A stretch of DNA of 64,000 nt, from the NCBI RefSeq assembly GCF_026571515.1, contig NW_026852972.1:1-64000 (forward strand). The letters are read 5' to 3'. Position numbers and translations under genes: made by a program. Below are positions 11,530 through 24,850 of the stretch, piece after piece. Each line of letters opens with the position of its first letter. Position 1 is the stretch's first letter. This stretch comes from Ruditapes philippinarum (lineage: Eukaryota). Below the pieces are notes generated by a model. That model saw nothing but the letters and a program-made list of their open reading frames with translations, was not told the origin of the DNA and made no database searches.

Positions 11530-13746
11530 TTATTAGCTTATCTGAGCACAAATTTCTCACAGGTGAGCTTTTGTGATGGCAGTTTGTCCGTCGTTGGTCA
11601 GTTGTTCCTTGTCGTTATCCCACAGTCCCTTGAAAAACATCTCCTAAACCAGTCAGTTATTTTTAGCAAATTCCACAGCAATTATTCTTACGTGGCTTTC
11701 TCAAAAGTTCAATAAATTCTTCAAATCTGATTTTAAGTAGGTCATAACCACAATGCCCTGAGTTCAAATATTTATCTTCTAAAAAGGTTATTAAAATCAT
11801 GTACCTGAGGTTCAAGATTCAACCCGCCCCTGTGGTCACTTAATGTATTGAGACTTATGTAGAAAATACATTAAAGTCTTCTTATGTGTAACTCTTATGT
11901 CAAAAGCATAGGCATTTTACATGAAGCATTACATAGTTGAACGCTACAAAAGTAATGTCAATTATTCTCTTTGGGTCAAAAAGGCCCCGCCCTGGGGCTA
12001 CTAAATTAACATAAAATTTCTTTAAAAAAATCTATTTCCCAGAAGTACCATGTCCAAAGCTTAGATATTTGACATAAATCGTACCCTTGGGTTAAAATTG
12101 GTCCTGTCCTGGATTTTACTTAATTTATAAAGTCTTATATGGGAAAATACAATTAAGGTCGTTTTCGGGGGTTTTCATATAGTCAAGAAAGCAAAATTAA
12201 TACTGTTTGATAGAATTTCATTAAACTCGGCATGTTGTAAGAATATAACGACAACAATATTTTGAGTGAAATAGAAATCAGAATTATGTACTTATTTGAG
12301 GTCATTTTAAGATCATTTAAAATTATGTGTTCGTTTTACTGTTGATCACAGACATAATTATTACATATTTTCCAATTTGAATTAAGGAAACAAAATGCAC
12401 ATGATGCTTCAGAATGAGTAAAATTTTCATCCTTTAGAAAAGTCAAACATTAGTTTTATATAGTTAAATTAATGGTTTTAGAACATTTAAAATGCTCATC
12501 TCTTGAAAAGATGTAGCACTGGATGTTAAATTATCTGTCATAAAAGTAGCCGAATGTAAAAAATTAAGTTTTTGACTTCCATTCAAAACTAAATCATTAT
12601 ACGTTTTACTAATTGCCAAAATGCAACATTTAGGTTTTTGGCCAATTAGTAACTTTTTTGACACTAATACAGGACACACAAAAATTGAAAGCTTTTAAGA
12701 AATTAGAATAAAGCATTTCCGGGGCGTAATGGGGCTTTAGAATTGGATTTAAAAAGAAAAAGAAAAAAAAAGGCACAGGTGTAGAGAAGGGTAAAAAACC
12801 AATCCGCTCTTTATTAGTTCTTGAAATTTTTTCTTATTGACTAAACCGAAAGTAAGCTACATGACAAAGAAGGAATACAAGGTATAGTTTACCTTAATTG
12901 TGAACCATCTGCCATTAAATTCAACATGAACAGTTCATTTTCAAGGGCAGATAAGTCAAAAGCGAGGAGGGTGACCAAAATTTAAATGTTTCGGTTATCA
13001 TATTCTAAAAGACAAGCCAAGTTGAAAGATATTCTATTGAACACTTTAAGTTATGCATATATGAAAACTCCAAAAACGTCTTTAAGTCTTTCACGCCGTT
13101 CTACAATACCCGAAGCTGATTTTTCCAAGCATTGCGTAGTAGATATTTAAAAAATATCGGCCCTAAGCTTCAGAAATGGTCCGGCCCTGGAGCTCTTTAC
13201 TTTACTGAGACTTGTATTTTAAAGATATCTTGCAAAACTTATTCTTGAATACTCAAATGTCCAAATCTTAAATATGTGGCACGTAGCTTTACTTTGTGGC
13301 CCACTTTAAAATCATGACCAGTGTGTGAAATTCAATCTGTCACTAGGCTCATTTTTTGTATAACTTTTATAGAAAAATATATTTAAATCTTTCTTGTGGA
13401 TAACTACAACTAAAGTCCACAAATAGTTGTATTGCATAAAACATTTTAAGTGACCCTGAACAAAAATTAGCTCCATCATTAAACGCATCTTTTTCTCTGA
13501 TATATTTTGAATGTAGTATCACTTAGATGTTCTCTATAATCAAATATGTTAATTCCTCTGGAAGGTCAAAATTGGTTCCATTCCGGGAGTTCCAGAGAGT
13601 TATTATTACAAATGTTTTAAAAATTAAAACAACTTGAGTTAACAATCTAATGTGAACTAATTACTGAGTTTTCAAGAGTGGATATGTTATTTTTTACTAA
13701 CAATGTATCAAAGATGAGCGAATCAGGGTAATCAATCTCTTTTGTT
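11530..13746 (+). mobile_element. HINE-like element with internal core repeats; 5' fragments also at ~3985-4312 and ~7757-8084
   Basis: The 5' end is ttattagcttatctgagc...caggtgagctttt plus a gtccgtcgt microsatellite. Internal degenerate tandem cores follow. The 3' end gatgagcgaatcaggg...ctcttttgtt is at 13713-13746. Confidence 0.65.
12157..13081. mobile_element. Non-autonomous DNA transposon with TTAA TSD (Kolobok-like), nested in the HINE-like element
   Basis: TTAA at 12153-12156 and 13082-13085. Imperfect ~25 bp TIRs GGTCGTTTTCGGGGGTTTTCATATA and (rc) AGACGTTTTTGGAGTTTTCATATA, with purine-purine termini. The rejoined flanks resemble the sister core repeat at ~11861-11880. Confidence 0.8.
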
Positions 13747-16700
13747 GAATTTATAAGAATGTATATTAAATTATACGCTTGTTATAAGCCAAAAGCGTTC
13801 AATCCTTTATCGCTTGTTCCACAATTTATGTACATATAATAAACTATATAATTCATATTTAAAACGCTGTTATCTTTTGTTTATTATCCATACTCTGAAT
13901 TTATTTACATTTATAGAAAATCCCATTCGAACAGGCTTTTTTAAACTACAAACAGTTTAGCTTGATACGAAAAAATAGCCACAATGTCCAGAGATGACAT
14001 TATTCTTCTTCATGGAATACAACTTTATAATATATTGTTGACATGAATCATGAGTAGAATTTTTATCTTCTTTCATCAATCTCCTGATTGAAAATGTGAA
14101 AACCAAACGTCGTTGATGAAAGCTCGTTCTACTTTGTCATGTTGAATTTAGTTACCATTCCTACAATTCAATTCAAAAACAGATATTACAGACAAAACCG
14201 TAAAGTCGACCATGTAACGCCCGATTAAAACAATTAAAGTTACAGAGAGTTCAATAAAATATCATATCCGAATATGTGAATATTTACAAATAACGTAGGC
14301 AACATTGACTTAAAAAACAGTATTTCATAAAATTTCCAAAGACAGGCATTAGTGTCGTTTAAAGAACTTATTGCCATTATTCCCTTTTCGTAACCTAGAC
14401 GTGACATTGTGCATCTGACTATAATTTACATCCTTAAACGTACAATGAAATATGTGCAATGAAATGAAGCTCAGTATAGGAAGTTTTACCAACAGATAAT
14501 AGAAAATTATATAAATGCTTTTTAATTTGGTCTGCTAAATTATTTTGTTCACTTCTTGCGTTTGAAAACTCTATGTGCATTTCATGTTTTAATATGTTAT
14601 ACCGATATTATGTGCGGTTATAATTATATTGTATCATAGTTTGGGGACCTTTCTGTTTGCAACGTATCAAAGTTAAATCGTATACATATACATGCACAGT
14701 GTGTTAACTGGAGTTCAGGTATTGAAAAACAAAAAATTCTGACTTCCAAGTAATACGACTTTGAAATTAGACAAATGAAGCTTCAATGAGAAACAAAACG
14801 TACATAGCACTCGTCCAATCATTCACTGGCCAAATATACAAGACAATGACAACAGAACACTGGACAAAGAGGTACAATTAACTGACCATTCGCAGATAAA
14901 CAATACCAGATGAATGAACATGAAGAAATTTGACGACAATTGAACTTGAATGAATATATACCACAAGGGTTTACTATAGTGATTCACTGTATGGAAGATT
15001 CATTTTGTGGAAATTGAATAAAAACTTAAGCCAGTTTTCTTGAGTCAAAATAACCATTTTGATGAACACATAAAATTACATGGTACTTTTTACAAGAAAA
15101 ACTAGTAAAAACCCAGTTGCATATTGTTTGACTGTATATATTGCATTTTCATGATAAGGATATAATTGTTTTACAATATCGAGATCTTCATAGTATCTTA
15201 TCATACTTTCTGAAGAATGATTGTGTACAAATAAATCATTAAGAATAAAATAATTGATAAATAAAATACTGTTGAATATGAAATGTATATAACAATTATC
15301 ACCATAGAGTGAAAATTGGAAGAACAAGATGATTATCAACTATCGTGCAAGAGAGATAATTCAGATAGCGACTCTTTGCAGTTTTTCTGATTTTGGTTTC
15401 CTCCCTTACATAACATAATCCTTTCAATTATTACGGAGGACTTAACGTTTTGTATCGGATCACACGATCCAAAAATGTATTTCATGTACAATGTATATTC
15501 AAAGCAGGTGTTCCATGATCAAAGTTAACATCTGGATATTAACCTCGTTTTTTCTTTTAAATTTTAAAGCGAACTTTTATTCATCAGACAAAAATATTTA
15601 GCTATATATTACATAAACAAAATATGTTACATCCATTTTTGATAGATATTATAATTGAAGAAACTTATATGTGTGACTTTAACATCGAAGCTTGGTCATT
15701 ATGTATTTTGCAATATTATGAACATCATTTAAGTGGTGTGAAAGTATACTTTGAGCACAAAATTGTTGGTGCAAACCTTTAAATTGTATATTTGGTGTGA
15801 AATTTACATTAAATTACATATCCAAAACATGGGTTCTGCACGTCGTCCCAATAAAACAATCATGAATTTCACTTTAGCAGATCTGAGGTTGACGTACAAT
15901 TGTTTCTGCAAGGATGAGTAACCAGCGGGCATAACAAAATACAAGTAGTCTTGATAACATGATATTGCCGTATAGAGAAATGAATTATATTGAGATATTA
16001 TCTCGTGACTTAATTTTTATAGATAATTACTTCAAATGTGTATTGTTGGTAAGTAATGTCTGCCTTGTCCTGAAATGATAGCTACATGTTATCAAACAAT
16101 TGTGCTTTCTTTGATTTTCAGAATCATCACGTGACAAATGCTTATGTAAGATTTGGTGGCAATGTTTTCATGATGGAAAATTTCAATTTACACGGCGTTT
16201 TATTTCTTCATCATATTCTTAAATTATCAAACATATAACGCTGCGTAAATGCTAAGACATTTAGATAAAGTAACCTTTATAATTAATAATATTTAAGTAG
16301 AGCATATTAAATGAGTTTGTATTAAATTTATTGAACGAGTTGAACACAACAGTTTAAGACTATAGTCCCTTGTTTTTAACGAGTTCATGTTCAAAACTGA
16401 ACACAATATACAGAGGAAATCATTGCAAGGTGGAACACTTTATCGATCGTTGATATAATTTACAATTTTAAATATATCTTTTTGTGACCTAATTTGATGC
16501 CTATTCTTAATTATATCTAAAATCAAATCTATTTTCATAACAAAACGAAAAACAGGACTTCTAGTTGAACTTTTTCAGTGCAAAAATTTAAACAGTAAAT
16601 AATATAAAGACAAAATTTCAAAACTGAATGAAGTCAACATTCTATTTCTACACTAGAAATTACCTATGTGTCCGTCTGCCGGTCGTTTAGGATTCTAACA

Positions 16701-17179
16701 AAATTATATTAGCATAATAAAAAAAAGTTTAATACGTGGTCTTTGATACAAGTTCTATTCGTTTAACAGTAGCATACATCAGGAACTCAGTCATATTATA
16801 AGGTTTGCCAGGAAATCAAAAGTTAACACAGTCTGTAATTAGCTCTTAATTACATAGAAAAGTCATCATTACAATTTTCGCTGAAAGTCATGGACTTTTT
16901 GATACTGTCTTTCGTTCGTAGTGAGCTTCTCATTTACACGCAAATTCATGTATGAATTCTTCACCTGGTTTACTATTTAAAAATTACTCAACAGAAATGG
17001 AACAAAACCACTCGTTCATCTTCAATCCTTTTTCTCTCTTTAAGAAATTTAGTATGTCAGCTTTTGAATCTAAACCTTCACAATTTGCTTATTAGTAGAC
17101 TTTACTTGTTTTTTCTGTTATTTTTTTACAACTCTTTTTCAATAAGCTTGTTATTGAGCGGACATAAAATATACCCTTT

Positions 17180-17390
17180 TTAACACTTGACCTTGACCAT
17201 AAGGGATAGAAACTCAATAATTGCGCCCCGCACATCGTCTCTAAATGGTGATCACTTGTGCAAAGTTATTTCCAGAACAATTACAGCGGTTCAAAAGTAA
17301 CGGAGCGGACACGAAAGTGTTACGGACGAACTGGCAGACGGAGGCTATTCCTATAACACCCTTCCCGCTGTGCGGAAGGGCGTTATTATG
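17180..17390 (-). mobile_element. HINE-like terminal fragment
   Basis: ttgaccttgacc core, a decayed (GGAC)n tract and a terminal hairpin taacacccttccc-gctgtgc-ggaagggcgtta. Confidence 0.55.
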
Positions 17391-17581
17391 CGTGACCCCT
17401 CTGAAAAATTGCCTGGTCGTTCAAGTACTATGCGGTTGAAAAGTACTGTCATTTGTATATTCGTGATAAAAGACTCTCCCATATACACCAAAAACATTGC
17501 ACAGAGCATTTGATCCAGCTTGGCTTCGTCTGTGTTGTACTACTTGTCATCTATATAACAAAATTTTGCCCTGCGTAAAAT

Positions 17582-17971
17582 CACAGACACTTGTAGTGAG
17601 GAGCTCAAAATGCCTTTAAAATCCAAATAAAATGTATATTTGTCGATTTCGCCTGTTGCGTTGTTCATATTGACGTTGAAATTGACCATCATCGTGAAGA
17701 ATAATATCTTCTGCGTCGATAGATCAAAGGATTATGTGAAAATATTGGAAATGAAATAAACTACATGGTGATTTTAACGGTAGGTGTGCGGATTTTTTCT
17801 GGCGAACATTTTTATCTTGTGTATTATCATAGACATTGAAATATGATAGTTTTTCAAAACGGCTTATATTATGTTTTTTGATATATATGACCAGTTAATG
17901 TGCTGGGATTGACAAATATACATTTTATTTGGATTTTAAAGGCACTTAGCTCCACACCACAAGTGTATGTG
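17582..17971. mobile_element. 390 bp MITE with 8 bp TSD (P- or hAT-type)
   Basis: ~65 bp TIRs (CACAGACACTTGTAGTGAGGAGCT... vs rc CACATACACTTGTGGTGTGGAGCT...). Perfect TSD CGTAAAAT at 17574-17581 and 17972-17979. CA...TG termini. Confidence 0.88.
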
Positions 17972-18209
17972 CGTAAAATATCGAGATTCATTTCCAACAT
18001 CCTGTTGTAGTAATGTGGACCTAAAAAAATGACGAAGCCAATGCCCTTCTCCAGCAATAGGGAAAATCAGCTACACTTTAAGGGGTGGGTATGTGTTAAC
18101 AAATTCGTGCTCACATAACACGTGTAACTGTAACAGGTGTAACGGAAAAACAAGTTCATTGTTATTTGTAGTAGCAGCTTATGGACAAGTGTTTCTATAA
18201 TTAGACATA

Positions 18210-19719
18210 TACAACTCAAGCAATTTTTATATTATCACAAGTATAAAACAGATTTCTTTCCAATTTGTGAAAATTCTGATTTAGCAAAGTTTTGAGATAT
18301 TCCCCTGAGATGAGTCTGTGTTGATTTATCCGTTACAACTGGTTTAGGTAGCATGGAAGCATGCATCCCCATTAAATTTATGTTTTTGATGTGGTGTATA
18401 ATCACATGTCTTTTGGTTATACGGCAACATGACTGGTTTATTGTCATTCAGTGGTTTACATTTCTTTCATCTGTTCTTTCGATATGGTAATGTTAACATT
18501 TGGCGGCATTTGAGAGAAACAGAGTTATGGATGGCTGTAGGGATGGTGCAGCAGGGGCCACCAGAGCCTGGCAGAGGTACAGGCTACATGTTACACCCGC
18601 CAGGAGGCATGCTGGAGGTCGGGAAATGGTCACATCACCAGTTTAGGATCGGTTTTGGGTTAATCAGGCACGTTGCACAAGGTTTTCGACAACAACTTTT
18701 CTTAAAAATGACCTTGTTAATGCTGCGGATGTCGTATTTCTACGCATACGGTACGTAGAAGGCTTCATGGAGGTAATTTGCGGTCTAGAAGACCTTGCGT
18801 ACGTATCCCCTTGACGCGTCGATATCGCCGGCCAGTTTGGAGTGGATCATGGAGCATACACAGTGGATCATGCAACATTGGAGACGCGTTCTGTCACTGA
18901 TGAGTTCAGGTTCTGACTAGACTTCACAGATAGGCTTGCTTGAGTCTGGAGAAGACGAACAAAACGGGTTCAGGCTGAAAATATTGCTGAGCATGACCGC
19001 TACGGAGGGGAGGTGGGTCAGTTATGGTGCGGCGAGGCATCAGCTGTGATGGACGAACCGACCTGGTTGTGCTAAATAGAGGCAAATTGACAGGACAGCG
19101 ATACATAGACGACATTATAGACAAAAAGGTTAGGTTGTATGCTGGAGCTATCCGCGATCAGTTCATTCTAATGGACGGTAATACTCGCCACCATAAGGCC
19201 AGGGTGGTGTAGGACTACCTAGAGAGGAGTCTATTGAGCGCATGGACTGGCCAGCTCGCTCAACTAAATTAAATCCAATAGAACACATGTGGAATAAGCT
19301 GCAGGTCAGAATTTTAGCTCGCCAGCTGCTACCTAGAACCACCTCTGAGCTTGGAGCCATGTTTGTTCATGAATGGGCAGCCATACCGTTCGAACAATCA
19401 GAAACCTTACAGGGAGTGTGAGAATGTGCTTCCAATAGTCACGGGTCACACACACAGAATTAAGTCAAAACTGTAAAAAAAAATCCAATTTAACAAATTT
19501 GTAAAACACGCTTCATGCTCTTAAATCCTCAAAAAGAGGGTCATTCTCTTCTCTAGCACAAAATCAGTGTAAATCTCATTTATAGGGTTAAATTCGTCTT
19601 TCAGCTTAATTGATAAAACATTAAATCAACATATTAAAACCTTTCGCAAAGCGTTAATAAAATTATCCCAGAAAATATTCACACTCAAACATATGGTTCT
19701 TAGCAAAAGTTGAGTAGTA
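18210..19719 (+). mobile_element. Tc1/mariner element (Tc1-like), decayed
   Basis: TA flanks at 18208-18209 and 19720-19721. Termini TACAACTCAA and rc TACTACTCAA enclose a transposase pseudogene. Confidence 0.8.
18490..19460 (+). pseudogene. Tc1-family DD34E transposase pseudogene
   Basis: Motifs spread across frames: LWMAVGMVQQG (HTH start), TDEFRF, GGSVMVRRGISCDGRTDLVV, FILMDGNTRHHKARVV, IERMDWPARSTKLNPIEHMWNKL. Stops and frameshifts are present. Confidence 0.92.
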
Positions 19720-21479
19720 TATCATGCTGAAGACGTTTTGAAATGCAGGAACATAAACAAACGCATGATCTTTACTTGTTTGGAAACTTGAAATTATGTG
19801 ACTGTTGTGTCGCGAAAACGTCTTACCTGTGATACCCTTTCAATATTTGATTTCATTTAGTTCTGCCCATGCATTCCTGCAGATGTTTCTAAATTCGAAA
19901 ATTTCATAATGTCCATACATACAATTTTTAATTCGATGCTAGGTGTTGGACGGTTACTTGCAATTTCCGTTACCGTCCAGCAAAAGCGACACTGCAACAT
20001 AAACAAAGACATATGTATGTCGCTTTATGTGTTTTTAGGGTTCCGTTTTTCTCTGTTTTACATCGTTCTATGTACGAAAGCCTCAAAACAGACAGCATGT
20101 AAATGATGATTGTTTTATCTGGAATTTACCTTAGTAAAGATATGCTTCACATATATGTTTTCATATACAGTTTTTCATATAATGAAAGATAGTTATCAAG
20201 CTAGTACTTTAGTACTTTTTGTCAATACTAACTATGCTATGTCTTAGGTTCTCAGTCCTGCCCAAAACGAACCAATTGTGTTCGAGTACTGACCAACGGC
20301 ATATCCCTTATGGCCAACTTTCGTGAAAATAATGTATTGTATTTAATATATCTTAATCAATGACTGGGCTATTGGCGATTTTTAATGATCGGATGACTGA
20401 CAATTAATTTATATAAAAATGGTCAAGAATGTGCATATTTCACATTGATTATGATATAAATATTTAAGTTTGTAATTTTTAGACCTATCAATATCTTGAA
20501 AGCTCAATTGTCTGTTTTTTCAATATATGGAAACAACATTTAACTATGTAGAAACAATTTGCATGAGACATATATGTTGTGATACATTGTAGATCATGTC
20601 TTATAATCATTAATTCTCAACCTGCTACATTAGAACAGTTGCCTTCTTCTTCTTCTTTAAAATTGATGATTGTTTGTGTGTAGGATTTTTATATGGAAAC
20701 GACATAATTTGGAAATAGTCAGTGTTTGGGTAGGACTAAACAGCCACCGGAAAATCTTTGCACCACCGGGATAGTGGCAAACTTCACTACCATTTATACT
20801 TGCCCTAAACACTTAAAAATCATTTCATCCGATAGATTAAATGTTAATTATAAATAATTGACTTCATTTGAAGCTATTTTAATTTTTTTCTTATCAGAAA
20901 GTGTATTTTAAAAAATTTGTCCGGGCGGAAATTAATGTATTCCGCCCGGAATTATGCTGTCCGGCCGGAATTTACTTATATTCCAATTGGAATTTTTTCC
21001 AACATTATTATTTATTCCAACGGGAATTTCAATTTTTCCAGCAACGCTTAAACTATAAAAATAACCATTCATACATCCTTTAATGACATTCTGACTAGTT
21101 TTGAAGAACTTATTCTCTAAAATAAAAAAATCCCATTTTGAAAGCTGGAAAAAATTCCGACTGGATTTTTACAGAAAAAATTTGATAAGTTTAAAAGCGG
21201 TAATAATTATAGGCAAATGATAGTTTTCGATAGAAATTAACATAATTATACACGCTGAATTACCAATAAGGTGCTTTGGAAAAAAATGAAAATCCGATTG
21301 GATTTATTTCCAATTATTTTTTTTGGAAAAAATTCCAACTGGATTTTTTTCCAATAAAAGTTATTGGAAAAAAATCCAACTGGATTTTTCATCAAATGAT
21401 TCATTTTTCAATTATTTCACAGTTATCCATTTGATTTCCTTTTAATAAGAGATTACGAATTATTTATAACTATGATGAT

Positions 21480-21600
21480 AAAATAATAATAATAATATAA
21501 TATAATAATAATAATGAAAACAAGGAAGAAGATTAAAATTCCATGATGCGATTATTAATTTATATAATCATTACTTTTATTCATTATAATTATTATAATG

Positions 21601-21642
<42 letters not shown>

Positions 21643-22746
21643 TATATTGATTATTTTTATTTTTAGTATTACAACTATTATAATTATGATTATTATGATT
21701 ATAATAATAATTATTATTAATTATTATTATTATTATTATTATAAATATATATTTTTCTATTATTTGTTATTGTTATTATTGTTATTATTATTATGAATAT
21801 ATATTTTTGATTATTTATTATTGTTTTTATTATTATTTTTATTTCTATTATTGTTATTATTATTATAACTATATTATGATTCTTATGATTATTATTATCA
21901 TTTCATTATAATTATTATTACTTTTATTATTATTATTATTATTATTTATTATATTATTTTATTATTATTATAATCATATATAATGATNNNNNNNNNNNNN
22001 NNNNNNNNNNNNNNNNNNNNNNNNNNNNNNNNNNNNNNNNNNNNNNNNNNNNNNNNNNNNNNNNNNNNNNNNNNNNNNNNNNNNNNNNNNNNNNNNNNNN
22101 NNNNNNNNNNNNNNNNNNNNNNNNNNNCTGTTGTGGACAGGATGATGATGATGACGATAATTATTCTTACTTATTATTACTTTTATTATTATTTTTATTA
22201 TTATTATTTTATTATTAGTTATTATTATTATATTGATTATTTTATTTTCATTATTACAATTATTATAATTTTGATTATTAATGATTATAATTATTATTAT
22301 TAGTAGTAGTAAGAGTATATTATTATTATTATTATTATCATTATACATATATATTTTTCTATTATTTATTATTATTATGAATATATTTTTTTATTATTTA
22401 TTATTGTTTTTATCATTATTTATATTTCTAATATTGTTATTATTATTATAAACTATGTTATGATTCTTATGATTTATNNNNNNNNNNNNNNNNNNNNNNN
22501 NNNNNNNNNNNNNNNNNNNNNNNNNNNNNNNNNNNNNNNNNNNNNNNNNNNNNNNNNNNNNNNNNNNNNNNNNNNNNNNNNNNNNNNNNNNNNNNNNNNN
22601 NNNNNNNNNNNNNNNNNNNNNNNNNNNNNNNNNNNNNNNNNNNNNNNNNNNNNNNNNNNNNNNNNNNNNNNNNNNNNNNNNNNNNNNNNNNNNNNNNNNN
22701 NNNNNNNNNNNNNNNNNNNNNNNNNNNNNNNNNNNNNNNTTATTAT
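21480..22746. repeat. Degenerate (ATT/AAT)n microsatellite tract with two assembly gaps
   Basis: Directly visible in the sequence. Confidence 0.95.
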
Positions 22747-23029
22747 TCCTATGCTATGATGGAAAAATGTTTGCGAAGTTCTTTTATATTTTATTTCTAT
22801 AAAATATCTCAATATGTGGGGGCAAAAATCATTTATATTTATCAACAAATTATAATCATTTTATATTATTTTATTTCATGTATTCTACTTCGCACTATCA
22901 TTAGGAAACGGACAGTTATAGGAATGCATTATTTTCGTAATGTATACTCCGTGTGTTTCCTACAATGGATTAGTTTAATTGGAACGATACTTTTCTGATT
23001 AAATCACACTTAAATTAAAATTATGAAAA

Positions 23030-24850
23030 ACACGATTGCTTGTATTGTCCGAATAATCCCTGATTTGAGGGTTATAGATAGCAAAGGACAAAATTATTTA
23101 TATCGCGTTTATTATATCTTAAAGAATGACTGTGTCCCTACATATGGAAATGTGTTTCAAAAAGACATCTTAACAAATAAGTCAAACATTGATTATTGGA
23201 AAATTATGAAATACACCGATTTGTCCTGAATTGTCGAACTTTTCTAAAATTTATGTATGTTAGTGGGCTATTTTAGCAGGCAAACGGACAGAGTTGTTTT
23301 TTCGCAAACAGAAATAGTACACTAACGTCCTTTGTAAGAATTGAATATCAAGAAAAACACTGTTTTTCTTTTATTAGCGCGCGAGTGCCCCCCCCCCCCC
23401 TCGTTATGAATGTATTTCTGGACAATATCACGCTTAAACGGACAAATATTATAAGTGTTGCCTTTAGTTGGACTTTAAGTTTCCAGATGTCCCTACAATA
23501 TGGTATATGTGTTTCATGACGATATCTTAATAAATAATGACAAAACTTGATAATAAAAAAATGAAATACAGCCGATTTTATATGCATTGTCCGACTTTCC
23601 TGAAAATATGTAAGTATGTGTATTATTAGCAGACAAACTGGCAGAGTTGTTTTAAGATGTATTTTCAGTATCTTGAACTAGACATTTCGTCCTCTACAAT
23701 ATATTGAATAACTTATGCTTTGTAAATAACGTCCTGCGTAAGAATAAAATATCATGAAAAGACGTTTTGATTTGCAGCGCGTGTTTTTCCAATTATTAAT
23801 GTAATTGTTGGACACTAGCATGGATAAAACGGGACAGATATATCTAATAATACATTCATTTTATCTTAAAGTACATATGTTAAACAAATATGGTAATATA
23901 TGTTTCATAAAAGACAACATTTTCTTTACAAAATAAAGCCAAATTGATTATTGAAAATTATGAAACACACCGATTTGTCTGAATTGTCCGACTTTTTTCT
24001 AAAATTTTATGTATGGTTAGTGTGGCTCTTTTAGCAAGCAAAACAGCACAGAGTTGTTTCCGCAACAGAAACATAGTAACTAACGTCCTTTGTAAAGAAT
24101 TGAATATCAAGAAAAAAAACACTGTTTTTTATTAGCCGCACGAGTGCTTCCCCCCCCCCTTCGTTATGAATGTATTCTGGACAATATCACGCTTAACGGA
24201 CAAACTATAGTAGTGTTGCTTTAGTTTCCAGATGTCCTACATAATCTATATATGTTTCATGACGATATCTTAATAAAATAATGGCAAACTGATAATAAAC
24301 AAATGAAATCACCGATTTATATATGCATTGTCCGACTTTCCTGACATATTTAAGTATGTGTATTATACGCAGACAAACTGGCAGAGTTGTCATTTAAGAG
24401 TATTTTCAGTATCTTGACATATACATTCGTTCTCTACAGATTTATTTTGAAAACTTATGCCGTATTGTAAATAACGTTTCTGCCGTAAGAAATACCAAAA
24501 ATCATGTAAAAGCCGTTTTATTTTGCAGCAGCGGTATTTTCCAATTATTAATGTAATTCTGGACTCTCAGCATGGATAAACGGACAGATATATCTAATAA
24601 TACATTCATTTATCTTAAAGTAATATGTTAAACAATATGGTATATGTTTCATAAAAATATCTTAACAAATAAAGTCAAACTTGATTATTGCATAATTATG
24701 AAAAAAAGATATTTTATTTGATTTTGTGCGACACAACATGTAAAATTATATCTATTTATATCAAACAAACGGACAGAAGCAATCTATAAAAGCATTTATT
24801 GATCTTGAAGTTTACATTCTCCCTGCAAAATAGTGAATATTTCACAGAAA
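23030..24850. repeat. Tandem repeat with ~755 bp period, built from two diverged ~355-390 bp monomers
   Basis: cgagtgc(C)n tcgttatgaatgtat at ~23383 and ~24141. The monomer marker atatggta..tgtttca recurs at ~23142, 23498, 23888, 24245 and 24635. Confidence 0.85.

Larger units (their letters stand above)
551..11857. repeat. Head-to-tail triplication of a ~3.77 kb unit (551-4312, 4313-8084, 8085-11857)
   Basis: The same sequence recurs at periods of 3762-3773 bp; identical spurious ORFs start at 2438, 6203 and 9976. Junctions read gagACTTA|agtggtcc. ACTTA precedes copy 1 (546-550) and ends copy 3 (11853-11857). Confidence 0.97.

Noticed and set aside
14690-15000. Possible very old CR1-like RT fragments (SVLTGV, YIALV, TIP..)
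   Set aside because: The motifs are too short and degenerate to support without a search.
21974-22848. Long ORFs containing X runs (also 26155, 37739, 38413, 39959)
   Set aside because: Artefacts of N-gaps and simple repeats.
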